This document shows, in pieces, positions 60,270 through 64,000 of a stretch of DNA of 64,000 nucleotides. Position numbers and translations under genes: made by a program. Under the pieces are notes generated by a model that saw only the letters and a program-made list of their open reading frames with translations, did not search any database and had not been told where the DNA came from. Position 1 is the first letter of the stretch. Each line of letters opens with the position of its first letter. The DNA comes from Candidatus Nanoarchaeia archaeon (lineage in GTDB: Archaea; Nanobdellota; Nanobdellia; SCGC-AAA011-G17; GW2011-AR18): NCBI GenBank assembly GCA_035289905.1, contig DATDVT010000045.1:132-64131 (forward strand), in the 5' to 3' direction.

Positions 60270-61073
60270 ATGGAAAAATTTGAATTGATTTGTAATAATA
60301 TAAAGAACCTTAAGATACAAGGAGCGCGAAACATAGCTATTGCTGGACTTAAAGCCCTAAAAATTGACTCATCAGAAAAAGCAATAAACCACTTGTTATC
60401 TTTAAGAGCTACAGAACCAACATTAAGAAATGCAATTAATTATGCAAAAAAGAATGGAATTGATGTTGCATTAAACTATTTTGACAAAACATCTCAGCTA
60501 GTGCATAAAAATGCTGCTAAATTAATAAAAAATAATTATATTATTTATACCCATTGTCATTCTTCTATGGTTATTGAATCATTAAAAGAGGCACTACCTA
60601 AAAAATTTATAGTAAATAACACAGAAACAAGACCAAAATTTCAGGGAAGAATTACATCATTGGAATTATCTAAATTAAATATTCCAAATAATCATTTTAT
60701 AGATTCTGCAATGAGACTAGCAATAAAACACGCAACAATTGCTATGTTGGGCTGCGATGCAATTACATATAATTGTAAAATAATAAATAAAATTGGATCA
60801 GAACTAGTAGCTGAAACTTGTTATACTTCTGGTGTACCTTTATATATAATTACAAATTCATGGAAGTATGATAATCAATCTTCAGAATTTAAACCAACAA
60901 TTATTGAAGAAAGGCCTCCAAAAGAGATATGGGGCAACCCACCAAAAAATATAAAAATACATAATTATGCATTTGAAAAGATAAATCCCGAAATAGTAAC
61001 TGCAATAGTCTCTGAATTTGGGATATTAAAACCAAAACAATTTGTAAAATTAGCAAGAGAAAATTTAAGATGA
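60270..61073 (+). CDS. Ribose-1,5-bisphosphate isomerase (eIF-2B-like family)
   Basis: KIQGARNIA, RATEP.LRN, THCHSS (catalytic Cys; MtnA has THCNAG), TETRP..QG..T, GCDAI, NKIGS. Confidence 0.82.
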   Translation: MEKFELICNNIKNLKIQGARNIAIAGLKALKIDSSEKAINHLLSLRATEPTLRNAINYAKKNGIDVALNYFDKTSQLVHKNAAKLIKNNYIIYTHCHSSMVIESLKEALPKKFIVNNTETRPKFQGRITSLELSKLNIPNNHFIDSAMRLAIKHATIAMLGCDAITYNCKIINKIGSELVAETCYTSGVPLYIITNSWKYDNQSSEFKPTIIEERPPKEIWGNPPKNIKIHNYAFEKINPEIVTAIVSEFGILKPKQFVKLARENLR

Positions 61074-61282
61074 AAGCAACACAAAAATTGAAAAAAAAGG
61101 CCAAAGAGACAGAAATAAAGATTAAAATTAAAGCACGAATAACTAGTAAAAAAATAAAAAATACAGTACAAAGAATAGATCATAAAAAAATTGCATTAAG
61201 AGCTGCATTTTTATTACTCCTTCCTTTAGGGATTATAATAAGCTCTGCATATCTAATATGGAATTATCTACTAAAAAAATGA
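61070..61282 (+). CDS. Small basic protein with a C-terminal TM helix
   Basis: 70-aa ORF with ATGA overlaps to both neighbours; hydrophobic C-terminus. Confidence 0.55.
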   Translation: MKATQKLKKKAKETEIKIKIKARITSKKIKNTVQRIDHKKIALRAAFLLLLPLGIIISSAYLIWNYLLKK

Positions 61283-61912
61283 ATCAATTACTTTGTTTTG
61301 ATTTAGATAATACCCTTATAAATAGTTCAAAAACCCATATTCTTTCTTATAATGCAGCTTTTAAAAAAATGAATCTGCCTGAAAAGTCAGCTAAAGAAAT
61401 AACTTCCTTGCTAGGCCTACCAAAAAAAGAAATGATTAAAATATTACAACCAAATATTAAAAATATAAAGAAAATAGCTTATCTTCATTCTTATTATCTC
61501 CAAAAAAAATATTATAAATATACAAAAATAATACCTTATGTAAAATCAACATTAAAAAAATTATTTTATAGCTATAGTAACTAATATGAGCAATAAAAAA
61601 AATTTAATTTGTTTGTTGAAAAATGCGAAACTAACAAAGGATTATTTTGATGTAATAATCACTGCGAACCACGTAAAACATCCAAAACCAAATCCTGAAG
61701 AAGTATATTTAGCAGAAAAAATAATAAAAGCAAAAACAAAATATGTTATAGGGGATTCAGTCTATGACATATTAACTGCAAGAAATGCAAAAACCAAATC
61801 AATAATTATTTTAGGAGGTTCTAATACACCAATAAAAGAATTAAAAAGATTAAGACCCACCTATATTTTTAAAAGTTTTAAAGAATTAGAATTTTTAATT
61901 AAATCCCCTTAA
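61279..61912 (+). pseudogene. HAD-family phosphatase split by a frameshift near 61560
   Basis: FDLDNTL motif I in frame 1; IAIVTN, KPNPE and IGDSVYDI motifs in frame 2; break at the A-rich TTAAAAAAATTATTTTATA. Confidence 0.75.
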
Positions 61913-62057
61913 CTATGAGCACCACACCTATTAAAATAAAGATTATTGTAGAATATGAATCTAAATAAATACCTACAAGGGGAACTTTATTCACAAAACC
62001 TGCAAATGGCATTAGTACTAAACCTACACCAAAACCCATTAAAAATTTACTTGTCAT
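61899..62057 (-). CDS. Small two-helix membrane protein (52 aa; not in the ORF track)
   Basis: MTSKFLMGFGVGLVLMPFAGFVNKVPLVGIYLDSYSTIIFILIGVVLIVKGI; upstream BRE/TATA-like CCGAAAGGTTTTTTAA. Confidence 0.6.
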   Translation of the reverse strand: MTSKFLMGFGVGLVLMPFAGFVNKVPLVGIYLDSYSTIIFILIGVVLIVKGI

Positions 62058-62202
62058 ATGAAAAGTAAATATTTGAAATTAAAAAACCTTTCGGTATATA
62101 TTTATAGACTTCATCCAAGATTCACAGATTAATCTATCCTTCGATCAAAAGAAAATATTTATGTACGAATATTAATTATTAAATTAAAAAGGAGTGTATT
62201 CT

Positions 62203-62928
62203 ATGAAAAAAACAAATGTTTTAAAAGAAAATTTTTCAAATAAAAATAGAATATATTTAACGATAATTGTTCTACTTGGTATTATTGTAATAGCTTTAAC
62301 TATTAACAGTACTATAACCGGAAAAGCATTATTTGGGGGAACAGTTGATCCTACACCATGTGGATTGGTTGGATAAACCTGTATGGGTGGAGATACTTAA
62401 GGTTATAGTGGTGGAATTCCATCAAGTTCTGGTGGTGATCAAATATTCTGTACTGATAGTGATGGTGGAATGTTTGAAGATAGAGGAGGTCATACTACAG
62501 GTCGAATTCCATCATATGGTTTTTTAGTAGATACTGTAACTGATTATTGTATAGGCAATGCTGTTTATGAATACTTTTGTGAGGATGATTATACAGTAGG
62601 TTCTAATAAAATATTTTGTGCTACGAATAGAGAGGCATGTGTTATGACTGAAGATGGAGCAGAATGTATTGGGAGTACAACAGATACACCAGATGGAGAT
62701 GTTAATTTTGGGAATGTAGATCAATGTTATATATTAAGATTACAGTATACTATAAATGGAATAGATACTACATTTGGGGATACAACCTGTTTAGCTGGAA
62801 CAACAAAAATAAGAGCTGAAATCAAAAAAGATTCTAGTAGTGCGAATTTAATAACAATAGCTCCATATCCAAATAATATAGCAAAGGATGCAACTAAACT
62901 AACAGTAACCTATTGTTGTAAACAATAA
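62203..62928 (+). pseudogene. Secreted Cys-rich surface protein (N-terminal TM + ITG motif, CTDSDGG repeat) interrupted by two in-frame TAA codons
   Basis: One continuous frame from ATG 62203 (GGAG upstream) to 62928, with TAA at 62374-62376 and 62398-62400: ...PCGLVG*TCMGGDT*GYSGG...FCTDSDGGMFEDRG...DYC....VYEYFC. Confidence 0.75.
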
Positions 62929-62980
62929 TTTTTTATTTTTTTAAATAATATTTATAAAGATTAAGCATATTCATCCTATA

Positions 62981-63961
62981 ATGACAGAAGATATTCATAA
63001 AAAAATTGGGTACATCGCAGCATTAGCCATCTTATTCTATATATCTTATATTATAATAAAACCTTTTATTTCAGCAATATTGGCTAGTTTTTTCTTAGCA
63101 CTTTTATTTTATCCATTACATATTAAATTACAAAAATATGTTAAAAAACCAGCTATTAGTGCGTTTATAATCACAATTTTAATATTACTAATTATTGTAA
63201 TTCCTTTAATTTTTATTGCGGAAGTGATAATAAAAGAATCAATGCTACTTTATAATACATTAGACCTAACAATTATAAAAACATCGGTAGATAATTATAT
63301 TTCTAGTTATGAAAATATAGGAAAATTCATTCCTTCTGCAATAGAAAAGGGGCTTAATTACATTATCTCTGTTGCGTCAAATTTTTTAGTCTCTATACCT
63401 CAAAAGATATTTGCTTTAATTATTATTTTGTATTCAACGTTCTATCTTATATCTGGAGGAGAAGAAATAAGAAAAACAATAAAATCGTTTTTACCTTTTA
63501 AAAATAAAGAACATCTAATTCAAAATGTTTCATCAACAACATTCTCAATAATTTATGGGATTTTCTTAATAGCATTAATAGAAGGAGTAATTACTGTAAT
63601 CGGATTTTCAGTATTGGGAATACACTCTCCTTGGGTATGGGGATTAATTATAGCTTTTTTAGGCCTAATTCCTTTTATAGGGCCTGCAATAATCTGGATA
63701 CCTTTTTTTATATATAAGTTAGCAGAACAAGAAATATTTATAGCAATAGGTTTATTAGTAATTGGTATCATATTAAGTTTTATAGATACGTTTACAAGAC
63801 AAACTGTAATCTATAAAAAAACAAAACTACACCCAGTAATAATTCTAATAGGCCTATTGGGTGGAGCTAAAATGATAGGAATTGTTGGTCTTTTAGTAGG
63901 TCCAATTATTCTCTCAACAGTAATAATTTTATTAGAAACCCATTTTAAAGATGAAACTTAA
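62981..63961 (+). CDS. AI-2E family (PerM/UPF0118) transporter
   Basis: KPF...IL...LA.LFYP, LIPFIGPAIIWIP, LHPVIILIGLLGG, G.LVGP. Confidence 0.88.
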   Translation: MTEDIHKKIGYIAALAILFYISYIIIKPFISAILASFFLALLFYPLHIKLQKYVKKPAISAFIITILILLIIVIPLIFIAEVIIKESMLLYNTLDLTIIKTSVDNYISSYENIGKFIPSAIEKGLNYIISVASNFLVSIPQKIFALIIILYSTFYLISGGEEIRKTIKSFLPFKNKEHLIQNVSSTTFSIIYGIFLIALIEGVITVIGFSVLGIHSPWVWGLIIAFLGLIPFIGPAIIWIPFFIYKLAEQEIFIAIGLLVIGIILSFIDTFTRQTVIYKKTKLHPVIILIGLLGGAKMIGIVGLLVGPIILSTVIILLETHFKDET

Positions 63962-64000
63962 AACTAAAATAACAAATCTAACTACTGGTGGCCCCTTAGT
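63951..64000 (+). CDS. 5' end of a probable AMP phosphorylase (runs off the window)
   Basis: MKLKTKITNLTTGGPLV resembles the N-terminus of archaeal AMP phosphorylases; R15P isomerase is nearby. Only 16 codons are visible. Confidence 0.45.
   Translation, partial: MKLKTKITNLTTGGPL

Noticed and set aside
62374..62400. Genome-wide TAA reassignment
   Set aside because: Many conserved genes in the window end properly at TAA, and long ORFs are intact under the standard code
6168..63771. Many 60-130 aa ORFs antisense or out of frame within larger genes (e.g. 7316, 16633, 31410, 44052, 62333)
   Set aside because: They lie within well-supported genes, have no motifs, and are expected shadow ORFs
1..64000. 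CRISPR arrays, tRNA/rRNA genes, reverse transcriptase or DGR, inteins in AglB
   Set aside because: No spaced repeat arrays, GC-rich cloverleaf segments, RT motifs, adenine-variable repeat pairs or intein motifs were seen. The 61-bp repeat is exact, so it is not TR/VR-like.

Overview
Very AT-rich archaeal DNA, most consistent with a DPANN lineage (Woesearchaeota/Pacearchaeota-like). This is an inference from AglB, AglH, an Sm-like protein, BRE/TATA promoters, a 'CTDSDGG' secreted protein and a ribose-1,5-bisphosphate isomerase. About 54 kb (5.4-59.2 kb) is a surface-glycosylation super-locus ending at aglB. It holds AglH, 4 GT-C, 5 GT2 and 3 GT4 glycosyltransferases, 4 flippase-like proteins, 3 DegT aminotransferases, 3 hexapeptide acetyltransferases and 2 NAD epimerases. 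Interleaved with these are 11 radical SAM genes (8 with an N-terminal cobalamin-binding domain, 3 SPASM/Twitch type), most coupled to a glycosylation gene. An MTA phosphorylase-APRT pair on the left edge could recycle the radical SAM by-product 5'-deoxyadenosine. At 2321-5275 is a cleanly delimited cargo-carrying DDE transposon with perfect 22-bp terminal inverted repeats and a 9-bp target duplication. It encodes an unannotated AbrB-type regulator, the transposase, a HAD phosphatase and a transaldolase-family aldolase whose 3' end is replaced by a nested IS200 tnpA remnant and right end. Other features are a 61-bp identical tract shared by tandem acetyltransferases, a G9 tract in a flippase gene and several disrupted genes, two of them secreted surface proteins (one with two in-frame TAA codons). 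No rRNA, tRNA or CRISPR array was recognised. All functional calls come from motif recognition by eye, with no database search.
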